The notes: generated by a model not told the origin, from the letters alone. Shown: positions 45,961 through 55,240, counted from the stretch's first letter. The stretch is DNA of 64,000 nt from Flavobacteriales bacterium UBA952 (GCA_905182495.1 CAJJBU010000004.1:101536-165535); one strand, 5' to 3'. Program-made: numbers and translations.

Positions 45961-46860
45961 TTAATATGTTACACCTGTTAGTTTTTCAGAGAGAGCCCAC
46001 AATTCTTTGGCATACTGCTTATTTTTGGAGTTTTTATTAGACTTTATTTTTATTGGTGCGCCGCGCATTCCCCCCATTCGGGATGGGCCAAAATAATCTC
46101 CTGAATTGACATCTGTATCTACAGCAGCTCTTAATGTCGGTAGTACTCCTTCGCTAACATCTTGACCAAATATTGGATTCAAGAAATTGAACATGAATGA
46201 ATGCTTTTGTAAATCTGTGGTTGTCCACCCTGGATGAGCAACTGTGACTGTAGGCGAATTTTTAAGGTTTTTTAATTTATCAGCCAGTTCATAGGTGAAG
46301 TACAAATTTGCTATTTTACTGTCACCATAAGCTTTGGTGGTTTTATATTTTCTTTTTCCCCAATTAATATCAGAGAAGTCAATTGCTCCCGAATGATGTG
46401 CTAAACTAGAGGTTGAAACGATCCTAGCATTTTTTGTTTTTGTGAGCAGCGGCATTAATCTTCCTGTAAAAGCAAAAGGACCTAAATGATTGGTGCCCAT
46501 TTGTATTTCAAAACCATCTTTGGTAGTAGCAAAGGGACACATCATGATGCCCGCGTTATTGATTAAAACATCTAAATGATTGTATGTTTTTATGATGTCA
46601 TTAGCGCAAACCTCAATTGATTTTAAATCCATTAGATCAAGGTGATGGATCGTAATCTTGGCATTTGGGATGTTTTCTATAATCTTGGCTTTAACTTTAT
46701 CTGCTTTGTCTATGTTCCTTACGGCCATAATAATCTGCGCACCTTTTCCCACTAGTACTTTAACGGCCTCAGCTCCCAGTCCGCTTGTTGATCCTGTGAC
46801 GATAATAATTTTACCTTCCTGACTTGGAATGTCTGCAGTGCTCCAATTCTTTTTTTTCAT
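45961..46860 (-). CDS. SDR-family oxidoreductase (classical short-chain dehydrogenase, retinol-DH-like)
   Basis: Cofactor motif VTGSTSGLG, NNAG and the catalytic YGDSK. Confidence 0.85.
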   Translation of the reverse strand: MKKKNWSTADIPSQEGKIIIVTGSTSGLGAEAVKVLVGKGAQIIMAVRNIDKADKVKAKIIENIPNAKITIHHLDLMDLKSIEVCANDIIKTYNHLDVLINNAGIMMCPFATTKDGFEIQMGTNHLGPFAFTGRLMPLLTKTKNARIVSTSSLAHHSGAIDFSDINWGKRKYKTTKAYGDSKIANLYFTYELADKLKNLKNSPTVTVAHPGWTTTDLQKHSFMFNFLNPIFGQDVSEGVLPTLRAAVDTDVNSGDYFGPSRMGGMRGAPIKIKSNKNSKNKQYAKELWALSEKLTGVTY

Positions 46861-46884
46861 AAATTTATTTGGCTGTGAAGATAC

Positions 46885-48037
46885 TTATTCGTTTTGATTG
46901 TAATACAATTCGTATAACTGGTCTATAAACCCAAAGGCAAAACGGTGAAGTGTTGCGTCGGTAGACATCAGTATAATTACATCATTTTTTTCAACGGTTT
47001 CTACTAAGTTTAGCTCAGAAACTAATTGCGGGCCTTCTTCAGGTTTTGGATAGATTTTTTTATTGTAAAACCAAAATTGTCCATTGCCAAAGGTGTGTTT
47101 TGACAGCCCTAGATTATAAAGTCCCCAATAGTAGCTATCGGCAATCGAAAGCACTTTTGTATTTTTTTCTTTAGTAGACTTCTCAAGATGATATTTGGGG
47201 TATGCCATCACTAAATCTGGAATATCGAAAAGTAGGTTCATACCCTTTTCGATATCGTCATCACGGTGCTTCATTTTACTTGAAGTGTTAATACTCTTAA
47301 TACTAAATGAGGGCATGCTTTGCAAGGGGTTCAGTGCATCGATGTATTTGACTAGAGAATCAGCTACTAAGACTTCACCATAGCTGCTCCAATGTATTCC
47401 TGTTTTCGGGAATAAAGGATGTGGCGAGCTGTCTTTCATTTGTCGAAACCAATTATGAAAATCAAGTAGTAAAACGTCGCTTTTATTTAGCTGTTCCTTA
47501 TATGCTTCATAATTGTTGGTCGTTCTTTTTTCTTTTTGGAAGCGCTCTGGGATATATTCTGGATAGAAACTTGCTTTTCCAGGTGCTAAAATGACGATGA
47601 TATCGATTCCTCAAATTTGAAGACGCTGATATTTTTTTTAGTTTCTCTACTTTGGAGCGTATCGCATTTTTACCTACATAGCTCTTCCCCAAATAGGCAT
47701 CAATGTAAGGCGTTTCGTACAGGTAGTTTTGTTTACCAATAATGACGGAATTAGCTTTCGCTTCATTGAAAAATGAATAGTAGAATTGATTGTAAAATCG
47801 AACAAAAAACCGTTTGTAACCAACATTTTGTTTGATATACTCATCTTGTGTTTTCTGATAATTTCCATTGAACCAATTTTGTTTTGAGAATTTTGGTTTT
47901 TTAATTTTTTCAGACCAACCTTCAACTTTAGGTACAATCGGTATCCCTAGCTCAGCTTGAATAAGAGGCAACAATAATACTATGATTATGATTGTCCAAA
48001 GGGTTTTTTTTATTTTGAAGCCAAGCTGTTCTCTCAT
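46885..48037 (-). pseudogene. AlgJ/AlgX-like (SGNH-like) O-acyltransferase partner protein, +1 frameshift
   Basis: Track ORF 47507..48037 (N-terminal TM, ...NAIRSKVEKLKKISASSNL) continues in the next frame. My translation of that frame is IDIIVILAPGKASFYPEYIPERFQKEKRTTNNYEAYKEQLNKSDVLLLDFHNWFRQMKDSSPHPLFPKTGIHWSSYGE, which runs into track ORF 46885..47439. The shift maps to about 47600-47613. Confidence 0.75.
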
Positions 48038-48038
48038 T

Positions 48039-49461
48039 CTAAAATCTAAAATAAATAAAGGGGTTAAAGTCTGATGAAACGAGCCAGCTAATTGATGAGA
48101 ACATCAATAGAAAGGAAATTAAAACGGCGAAAAAGTGTGTACTTAGTTTAAAAACTTCTCGATTGTATAAAAAGTTTTGGGCTTTTCTACCAAATTGGAA
48201 GAAGCCTATGAACGAGAAGAAAATAGCAAAACCAATCACAAACATGAATTCTTCATTTAGGGCTATTTCAGTCCTAAAGTCAAATGAGAAAAGGGTTAAT
48301 AGATAGCTTTTTATGTCGGCTAATTTTTCTAATCTAAAAATAACCCATCCAATCATCACTACTAGAAATGTAAAGACCACCGAGGGGATACGACCCGTTG
48401 ATTTTAGTAATTTTAGCAGGAAAATACGATCCATAATCAAAAATAAACCGTGGTAGGCGCCCCAAATTATAAAATTCCATTCGGCGCCGTGCCATAAACC
48501 TGAAAGTAAAAAAACAAGCCATAGATTAAAGAAAACTCGGCGTTTTGACTTGGACCTATTTCCTCCTAAAGGGATGTATAAATAGTTTTTCATGAAGCTT
48601 CCCAGTGTGATGTGCCATCTTCTCCAAAACTCACTAATACTTTGTGATATATATGGAGCATCAAAGTTTTCAGGAAACTTAAAGCCCAAGATTTTACCCA
48701 ATCCAATGGCCATATCTGAATACCCTGAAAAGTCAAAGTAAATTTGAAAGGTATACGCTAGCATTCCAATCCAAGCGCTTGTTGTATCTAATGATGATAG
48801 TTCACTGTCAAAAACAAGATCTGCTTGCTCCGCCATAACATTGGCAATCAACACTTTTTTGGCCAATCCAATTGAGAAACGATAGAATCCCATCAATTTA
48901 TCGTCTATCTTCTCTTCTCTATTAATCAGCTGGGCTGCAATCGTTTTGTACCTCACAATAGGTCCTGCAATCATTTGTGGGAATGAAAGAATATAGAGCA
49001 TGTAATCCGTAACCTTTATCAATGGTTTATGAATCCTGCGGTAAATGTCTATCGAATAGGTAAGTGTTTGAAAGGTATAGAATGAGATTCCAATGGGTAG
49101 AATGACTGAGGTCCATGCAACAGATTTGAACCCCATTAATTGCAATGATGAATTGAAATTCTCAACAAAAAAATTGGCGTATTTAAAATAGGCGAGAAGG
49201 CCTAGGTTTAAAAACAAAGACAGCAAGAGTAGGATCTTTCTTTTTTTTTTCAAGCTCACTTTTGTGAATTGCCTTTACAATATAGAAGTCAATTAGGGTT
49301 GAGCCAATAATCACAAAAATAAACTTCGGAGCACCCCAGGCATAAAAGAAAATACTTGCCCCAAGCAAGGTGTAGTTTTTCAATATTTTTGGTACCAGAT
49401 GGTAGATAACCAAGAAAATCGGTAAAAAGTACAGCAGAAAAAGAGTGCTGCTAAAGATCAT
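48039..49461 (-). pseudogene. MBOAT-family (AlgI/DltB-like) membrane O-acyltransferase, +1 frameshift in an A10 tract
   Basis: Track ORFs 49183..49461 (MIFSSTLFLLYFLPIFLVIYH...IVKAIHKSELEKKKK) and 48039..49259 (...KKKRKILLLLSLFLNLGLLAYFKYANFF..., with the conserved His in WRRWHITLGSF and GLWHGA) form one MBOAT protein. Removing one A from the A10 run gives ...HKSELEKKRKILLLL... Confidence 0.85.
49241..49250. repeat. homopolymer T10 (A10 on the coding strand) at the MBOAT frameshift site
   Basis: Counted directly: 49241-49250 are all T, flanked by C at 49240 and 49251. Confidence 0.95.
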
Positions 49462-49523
49462 AAATAAGGACGCTAAATATACTTTTTATAATTGAGATTA
49501 TTTAGAGGTTAAAACCAACCCCT

Positions 49524-50618
49524 TTATTGGACGATTATTTTACCATTTTTAACCTCTGCTTGTGCAGTAAGAGTATAACTATATGTCCCAGAGCTTAATT
49601 TGGCTATATTAATAGACGTGTTGTTTTGATGTTTGTCTTGGTAAATAAGTTCCCCATCTACAGCATATAATTGGACAAGAATAGGTCCTTCTACGCTCGA
49701 TGCTAATTTTATGAGTTGATCATTGCTTACTGGGTTCGGGAATATTTTTAGCTCCATTTTTACATCATTTATAATCACCCCGGAAGATCCGCTTGGGCAA
49801 TAGTTTCCATCTGGCGCATTTTGAGGTAGTTTATATTGAGGGTCTGTAATCAGTTCGTAACCCAATAGATCCATAGTTTGTAAAAGGGATTGTGAACAGG
49901 GTTCCCATTCATTTGCGATACCATTACAGGTCTGAGGGTCATCTAAAATACCCATATTGGATACCTGCATCCAATATAGATATTCAATGGCCATGCATTT
50001 GTAATCACATGTGAAATCATCATAATGATACCAAGCTTCTGATGGATAGGGATTTGGAATACTCATAAATTGACCACCCCTAGCAACATCCATCGCTGAG
50101 GAGAGTAATGAAGAATTGGGCTCTAAATTAAATGCTTCAGGATATACATTTACATGGCCAACACCGTTGATGGTATGCATAATTTCTTCAACCGTAGCGT
50201 CAGCGCCCCAATGCCCCGTTTGTGTTGGGTCAATTTCGGTTTGCCAAAGTACAGCTGCGACACCATCCCCTTCATACGTATTGAAAAAGGTATTCATAGC
50301 GGCATTATTATCTGCTGCGAAGATTGGCATTAGCGCACCGTTATTTTGCAGTTGTAAAAGCAGGGCGGGGTCATCTACTGTTCCGTCTTCATTGTTGTCT
50401 AATAGCTCGGCAAAGACTGCGGCGGCATGAAGTACTTTTTCGTCCGATACCGAGGATTCGGCATAAATACCACAACCATAAACATCAATATATTTTGTAA
50501 AAAGGTTAAGGCCTGGGCCACCTGGAGGGGGACTAAAATCAAAACAAACCGTGTTTTGTGCTAATGAGAACAGACTGCTTGAGAAAACAAGTACGCATAG
50601 TAATATTAAGTCTTTCAT
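49524..50618 (-). CDS. secreted protein of unknown function with T9SS C-terminal sorting domain
   Basis: Signal peptide MKDLILLCVLVFSSSLFSLAQN (ATG at 50618; the track start at 50639 is a TTG). The C-terminal ~75 aa (LKIFPNPVSNDQLIKL...LSSGTYSYTLTAQ...GKIIVQ) are CTD-like. Confidence 0.7.
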   Translation of the reverse strand: MKDLILLCVLVFSSSLFSLAQNTVCFDFSPPPGGPGLNLFTKYIDVYGCGIYAESSVSDEKVLHAAAVFAELLDNNEDGTVDDPALLLQLQNNGALMPIFAADNNAAMNTFFNTYEGDGVAAVLWQTEIDPTQTGHWGADATVEEIMHTINGVGHVNVYPEAFNLEPNSSLLSSAMDVARGGQFMSIPNPYPSEAWYHYDDFTCDYKCMAIEYLYWMQVSNMGILDDPQTCNGIANEWEPCSQSLLQTMDLLGYELITDPQYKLPQNAPDGNYCPSGSSGVIINDVKMELKIFPNPVSNDQLIKLASSVEGPILVQLYAVDGELIYQDKHQNNTSINIAKLSSGTYSYTLTAQAEVKNGKIIVQ

Positions 50619-50837
50619 AGTAAGTATTTTAAGTGTCAATACTACACCTTTTTAAATCAGGTAATCATTAAATAAAGTTAAGCTTCACATTAAAACAAAC
50701 TATATTTCCCCTTCTTTTTTACAATTATGTTAATTAATAAAAGTAAGGTTAGATCTGTTTTTTTTGGTAAAAGAGCCATCCTAAAAAGGAATATAGATGT
50801 ACAAGTTTCGATACTTTTAGCATCATTATGCTCACCC

Positions 50838-51299
50838 TTAATTCATAACGAAGATATATCCGTTGAGTGAGGTAGCTATGAATAGCCAAATAAGGTAGGG
50901 TAATAGAAGTAGCGAATAAAACTTAAATTCTTTCCTGAATCGCAATAGCATATACGCGATTAACAAGGTTAGTGAACTAATGACAAGTAGGCCTATAGCG
51001 ATATTTTGGAAATAGAAGAATGTTGGGTTCCAAGCCACGTTTAAAATCCATTGAATTAAAAATAAGATTGCTAGTTCTTTTTTATGTTTTTTTTCACCCC
51101 ATTCTATAGCCATATAAATGGTGAAGCAGATCATTATAATTGTCCATGCAAATCCAAACACCCAACCTGGCGGAGTCCAGGGGGCTTTATTTAACAAAAC
51201 ATACCAATTGGATGAAACGCCTTTGCCTGTAAATAGTCCTCCTAAAGCCAAGGCGCCAAAGTTTAGAATGAAGAATAGAACGCATCTAATGAAATTCAT
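50838..51299 (-). CDS. tspO: TspO/MBR-family tryptophan-rich sensory protein
   Basis: Five TM helices and a W-rich sequence (SNWYVLLNKAPWTPPGWVFGFAWTIIM, WILNVAWNPTFF). Confidence 0.85.
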   Translation of the reverse strand: MNFIRCVLFFILNFGALALGGLFTGKGVSSNWYVLLNKAPWTPPGWVFGFAWTIIMICFTIYMAIEWGEKKHKKELAILFLIQWILNVAWNPTFFYFQNIAIGLLVISSLTLLIAYMLLRFRKEFKFYSLLLLPYLIWLFIATSLNGYIFVMN

Positions 51300-51327
51300 G
51301 AAATCTGATTTATGGAATAATTAGGAT

Positions 51328-51355
51328 AAAAAAAAGCCTGTCAAATATGACAGGC
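51328..51355 (-). terminator. rho-independent terminator of the cold-shock gene
   Basis: On the minus strand a GCCTGTCA-TATT-TGACAGGC hairpin is followed by T8. The annotated 85-aa csp ORF reads straight through it. Confidence 0.8.
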
Positions 51356-51385
51356 TTTTAAAAACATATATGTTCAATGTAATCC

Positions 51386-51578
51386 TTAGATTACTTTTAC
51401 ATTCAATGCATTTAATCCTTTTGGAGCTTTCTTCGACATCGAAGCTTACTTTGTCCCCTTCATTGATTTCATCAATTAATCCATTTGCATGTACAAATAC
51501 ATCTTTTCCACCTTCATCTGGTGTAATGAATCCAAATCCTTTGGATTCATTGAAAAATTTTACTGTTCCGTTACTCAT
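51386..51578 (-). pseudogene. cold-shock protein (CspA family) with a +1 frameshift near the 3' end
   Basis: The N-terminus is canonical ([48 protein letters not shown]). The expected last strand ([15 protein letters not shown]) is encoded in the next frame, with a stop at 51388-51386 about 30 nt before the terminator. The in-frame continuation ([19 protein letters not shown]...) is non-homologous and crosses the terminator. Confidence 0.75.
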
Positions 51579-51725
51579 ATTTAATATTTTTATATAGGGT
51601 GCAAATTTAGGTATTTATTTTGAATACACCTAAAATTTTTTAAAAATATTCTAATTTTTAAGTATATACAGGTATTTGGTTTTATATTTTGTGCAAATAA
51701 ATAACAAATGGACTAACTTTAGAAT

Positions 51726-52355
51726 ATGTTTTTGTCCAGTGAATTGGTGTTTCCATCTACGTCTGATGCAAATGAATATGGATTGATAGCCGTTGGAGGA
51801 GATTTGTCTTTCGAACGATTGAAGCTCGCTTATCAAAGTGGAATATTCCCATGGTATTCTCAAGGAGAGCCGATTTTATGGTATTGTCCTGATCCACGCA
51901 TGGTATTGTTGCCTGGAGCATTGAAAGTTTCAAAAAGCATGAGACAGGTATTTAATAGCAATCGGTTTAGCGTTACTTTTAATACGGCATTTGAAGAGGT
52001 AATCGCTAATTGTAAGACCGTTAACCGAACCCTTCAGGGGCAAAATGATACATGGATTACTGACGAAATGCAAAAAGCATACCTTAACTTACATGTGAAA
52101 GGCATGGCCAAGTCTGTTGAGGTTTGGGAGAATGAAAAATTAGTAGGGGGCCTCTACGGAGTTGAGGTAGGAAATGTTTTTTGTGGGGAAAGTATGTTTA
52201 GCAAAGTGAGTAATGCATCCAAAGTGGCTTTGATTTCATTAATAAACAATTCTCAAAAGAACTATAGATTGATTGACTGCCAGGTATATAATGACCATTT
52301 GGCAAGTTTAGGTGCCAAAGAAATCTCTAGAACATCATTTTTGAATTACTTATGA
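51726..52355 (+). CDS. aat: leucyl/phenylalanyl-tRNA--protein transferase
   Basis: GLIAVGGDLSFERLKLAYQSGIFPW, the WYCPDPR-type region and GGLYGV...FCGESMFS. Confidence 0.9.
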   Translation: MFLSSELVFPSTSDANEYGLIAVGGDLSFERLKLAYQSGIFPWYSQGEPILWYCPDPRMVLLPGALKVSKSMRQVFNSNRFSVTFNTAFEEVIANCKTVNRTLQGQNDTWITDEMQKAYLNLHVKGMAKSVEVWENEKLVGGLYGVEVGNVFCGESMFSKVSNASKVALISLINNSQKNYRLIDCQVYNDHLASLGAKEISRTSFLNYL

Positions 52356-52387
52356 TTCTAGCCCTAAACGCGTAAAATTTAATTGGG

Positions 52388-52852
52388 CTAACAGCACCCC
52401 GAACCCGGTGCGCAAGAATTATTCCCTGTAGAAGTCATTTCTATTTTTTCTTTAGGCTCTTCTATAAGACATTGATCTTCTGCAAGACAGTTGGTGAATT
52501 TGTTTTTTAGTACAAAAACCCCTGATTCAATCGATAAGGCATATTTTCCAATAGTATCACCTTGATATTCTACCTCAATTTCTTCATTGGATAGGTCTAA
52601 AACTTGAGTACTTCGATCGAGAATATCAATCAGTTTTTGGGGTTGAAGTTTGTGCTTCGTGTCTTTTGAAAACCATAATTGAAAACTCACAAATTTATCC
52701 ATGCGATAGGTTCCTCCGCAGTCAATATAGGATTTATTGACGGCAGCAACCTCTGTGACATGAAAATGATCGGGAACAACGAGTCCATCTTCTAAAACAA
52801 ATTGTAAATCATCAATGCTTTGAATTTCCTTTCTAAATTCGCCTAGATTCAT
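52388..52852 (-). CDS. DUF6428-family protein with Cys-rich C-terminus
   Basis: VPDHFHVTEVAAVNKSYIDCGGTYRMDKFVSFQLW matches my recollection of DUF6428, a family often seen in ars loci. The C-terminus is CAPGSGCC. Confidence 0.55.
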   Translation of the reverse strand: MNLGEFRKEIQSIDDLQFVLEDGLVVPDHFHVTEVAAVNKSYIDCGGTYRMDKFVSFQLWFSKDTKHKLQPQKLIDILDRSTQVLDLSNEEIEVEYQGDTIGKYALSIESGVFVLKNKFTNCLAEDQCLIEEPKEKIEMTSTGNNSCAPGSGCC

Positions 52853-52869
52853 GTCTCTTAATTTTTAAT

Positions 52870-55065
52870 TTATACCTCTCCTGCAACAGCCTCACTTACA
52901 TTGATGATGTGGTCACCAATCTTTTCACAAGACGAGAATATATCATTATAAATAATTCCTGCTTGGAACTTATATTCCCCTTTTTCAGTGTTTTCTAAAT
53001 ATGACTTTCTTAAATAATTACGGAATTGATTGATTTCTCTTTCAAATTTTACGGCATCATCAAGGTTAATGTGACCAAACTCTGAATTTAAATTGATATT
53101 CATAGTCTTAAATGCGGTATCCAGAAGGTCTATCATTTTATTGATATTGTCTCTCTGCTCGGGTAGGAAATAAATTTTCTTGTCATCTTTTCTCTCGAGG
53201 GATTTTGAAATTTGATAATAAATATCTCCAATACGCTCTAAATCATTCGTGATACTCAGCATACTTCGAATTTGAGTTGAGGCCCCTTGGCTAATCTCTT
53301 GAGTTGATAACTTATCAAGATAATTTGCGACTTCAACCTCAACACGATCTGTAATCTCCTCATATTTCATGATTTTATTATACATCTTGTTTCGGGTTTT
53401 CTTGTCTTGATCGTTGATCAGCGTTCTTAAGAAGTCATTCATCCGTGCAGTCACTTCTCCAAATTTCGCTACCTCTTTTGTCGCCTCCAGTATTGCTACT
53501 TCAGGGATGCCAATACCTCCGGCACCTGCAATGTAATCCAATTTGAATTCTTCATCTGCCTCTCCGCGAGATTTAACTGTATTAATAGAGATTTTAACTA
53601 GGTGAGGTACAAAACCGATTAGAAGCAGCACATTGGCAGCATTAAATAAAGTATGGAAAAGGGCAATCCCTTCATTAGCCATACCTGTATCTGCTGAGTC
53701 AAAAGCAGTTCCATGACTTAAGCCTACCAAGTAGCCTATCAATTCCAGAAACAAAGGAATGACAATAAGCATCCAGGTCACACCTATTATGTTAAACAAT
53801 GAATGAATTCTGGCAGACCTTTTGGCATGGACATTACCTACAAGGGAAGCTAGTTCGGCAGTTATTGTTGTTCCAATGTTTTCTCCAAGAACCATTGCAC
53901 AGGCAACTTCAAAAGGAATATTTCCTTTAGAAACCATTGTTAATGTCAATGCCATTGCAGCGCTAGAGGACTGAATAACGATTGTAACTAACGCTCCCAA
54001 TGCCACAAACATAATATTACTGAGTACTGGAATGTCTTTATAGTTGATGAAAAACTGCACCAAAGCTGAATCTTTATCCATTGTAGGGACAGCATCTTTT
54101 AAAAACTGCAAGCCTATAAATAGAATCGCAAATCCAATGATTGCATTTGCTAGGTCCTTTGATTTCCTGAAAGACATAAACAAAAGTGGCGCTCCAATCG
54201 CAATAAGCACAAGTGCGTAACTTGAAACACTTACCTTGAATCCAAGTAAAAGAACAAGCCATGCCGTGATTGTGGTTCCGATGTTCGCTCCCATCATAAC
54301 ACCCGCCGACTGTCTTAGATTCAGCAGACCTGCGTTCACTAAGCTCACGGTCATTACTGTTGTTACGGATGAAGATTGCACGATGGCTGTTGATGCGAAA
54401 CCTGTAAACACACCTTTGAATCTATTTGCTGTAATCGAACCCAGCATTTTTCTTAATTTTTCTCCTGCGGTTCTTTGTAAACCATCACTCATCACTTTCA
54501 TTCCGAAAATAAAGAGTCCAAGAGATCCTATTAGAATCAGAAGTTTCATGACGCCCCAGCCCCTTTCAGTTTTGGCTTTTATTTTGTCTGACCAGATAAC
54601 ATCAGCGTCTTTGTTTATAGTATTACCTGACTTACTATCTACTATTCCAACATAAATCTCGTATTTCTCTGACCCTTGAAGTCCTTTGATTTTATAGCTT
54701 GTTTCCTCAATATTGAAAGGCTTGCTAAATTTCCAGTCGCTCCCTTCAAAACCTTTCTTATTTCTTTTAGCTCCGATTTTAGTATTGTATTTGATGACAA
54801 GATTTTTATCCTTTAATTGGTCAAAACTTTTGTAGTCCAGACTCCAAGTCAGTTTTAAAGCTTCTGCATTAGCACTCGCCTTTAGGTTCTTAAATACATC
54901 TTTAGAAATTTCAATAGAAGCTATGGTGTCTATGCCTTCGGTTAATGCGGATTCAGAAAGAACTTCTTGGTTTTCTGACACACTTCCTACGTTAATGTCA
55001 TTTCCTTGAGTATAGGCTGACAAAGCTGTCAGTAGGACAATGTAAATAAAAGCGAACTTTTTCAT
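52870..55065 (-). CDS. Na/Pi cotransporter family protein with extra N-terminal extracytoplasmic domain and PhoU-like C-terminal domain
   Basis: The two inverted-repeat signatures are AIVQSSSVTTVM and VIQSSSAAMALT. The C-terminal region is helical and PhoU-like. The first ~170 aa (signal peptide plus beta-rich KLTWSLDY...YEIYVGIV) precede the first TM helix. Confidence 0.8.
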   Translation of the reverse strand: MKKFAFIYIVLLTALSAYTQGNDINVGSVSENQEVLSESALTEGIDTIASIEISKDVFKNLKASANAEALKLTWSLDYKSFDQLKDKNLVIKYNTKIGAKRNKKGFEGSDWKFSKPFNIEETSYKIKGLQGSEKYEIYVGIVDSKSGNTINKDADVIWSDKIKAKTERGWGVMKLLILIGSLGLFIFGMKVMSDGLQRTAGEKLRKMLGSITANRFKGVFTGFASTAIVQSSSVTTVMTVSLVNAGLLNLRQSAGVMMGANIGTTITAWLVLLLGFKVSVSSYALVLIAIGAPLLFMSFRKSKDLANAIIGFAILFIGLQFLKDAVPTMDKDSALVQFFINYKDIPVLSNIMFVALGALVTIVIQSSSAAMALTLTMVSKGNIPFEVACAMVLGENIGTTITAELASLVGNVHAKRSARIHSLFNIIGVTWMLIVIPLFLELIGYLVGLSHGTAFDSADTGMANEGIALFHTLFNAANVLLLIGFVPHLVKISINTVKSRGEADEEFKLDYIAGAGGIGIPEVAILEATKEVAKFGEVTARMNDFLRTLINDQDKKTRNKMYNKIMKYEEITDRVEVEVANYLDKLSTQEISQGASTQIRSMLSITNDLERIGDIYYQISKSLERKDDKKIYFLPEQRDNINKMIDLLDTAFKTMNINLNSEFGHINLDDAVKFEREINQFRNYLRKSYLENTEKGEYKFQAGIIYNDIFSSCEKIGDHIINVSEAVAGEV

Positions 55066-55124
55066 AGACTATAGTTTTAGACAAAAATAAGCATCTAGTT
55101 GTATCTAGTCACTAACCATGTAAC

Positions 55125-55153
55125 TGTTAACATTGCGTTAACCTTGACTTAAT
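55125..55153 (+). promoter_or_regulatory. direct-repeat motif with 11-bp periodicity, copy 1 (TGTTAAC-ATTG-CGTTAAC-CTTG-ACTTAAT)
   Basis: Read directly from the sequence. It lies in the divergent intergenic region between the Na/Pi cotransporter and porin genes. The architecture resembles OmpR/PhoB-type boxes, but function is inferred only. Confidence 0.3.
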
Positions 55154-55240
55154 GTATTTCGCTTAAAATCCCTTGTCGTTATGGTGTTTTGCTGTATTAA
55201 ATTTAATATAGACAATCGAAACGGACTTTTATATCTCTAG

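Noticed and set aside
47632-47639. The T8 (coding-strand A8) tract in the AlgJ-like gene as the frameshift site.
   Set aside because: The downstream frame has a TGA immediately before ...GGA ATC GAT..., so the shift must lie 3' of the A8 tract, at about 47600-47613, which is not a homopolymer.
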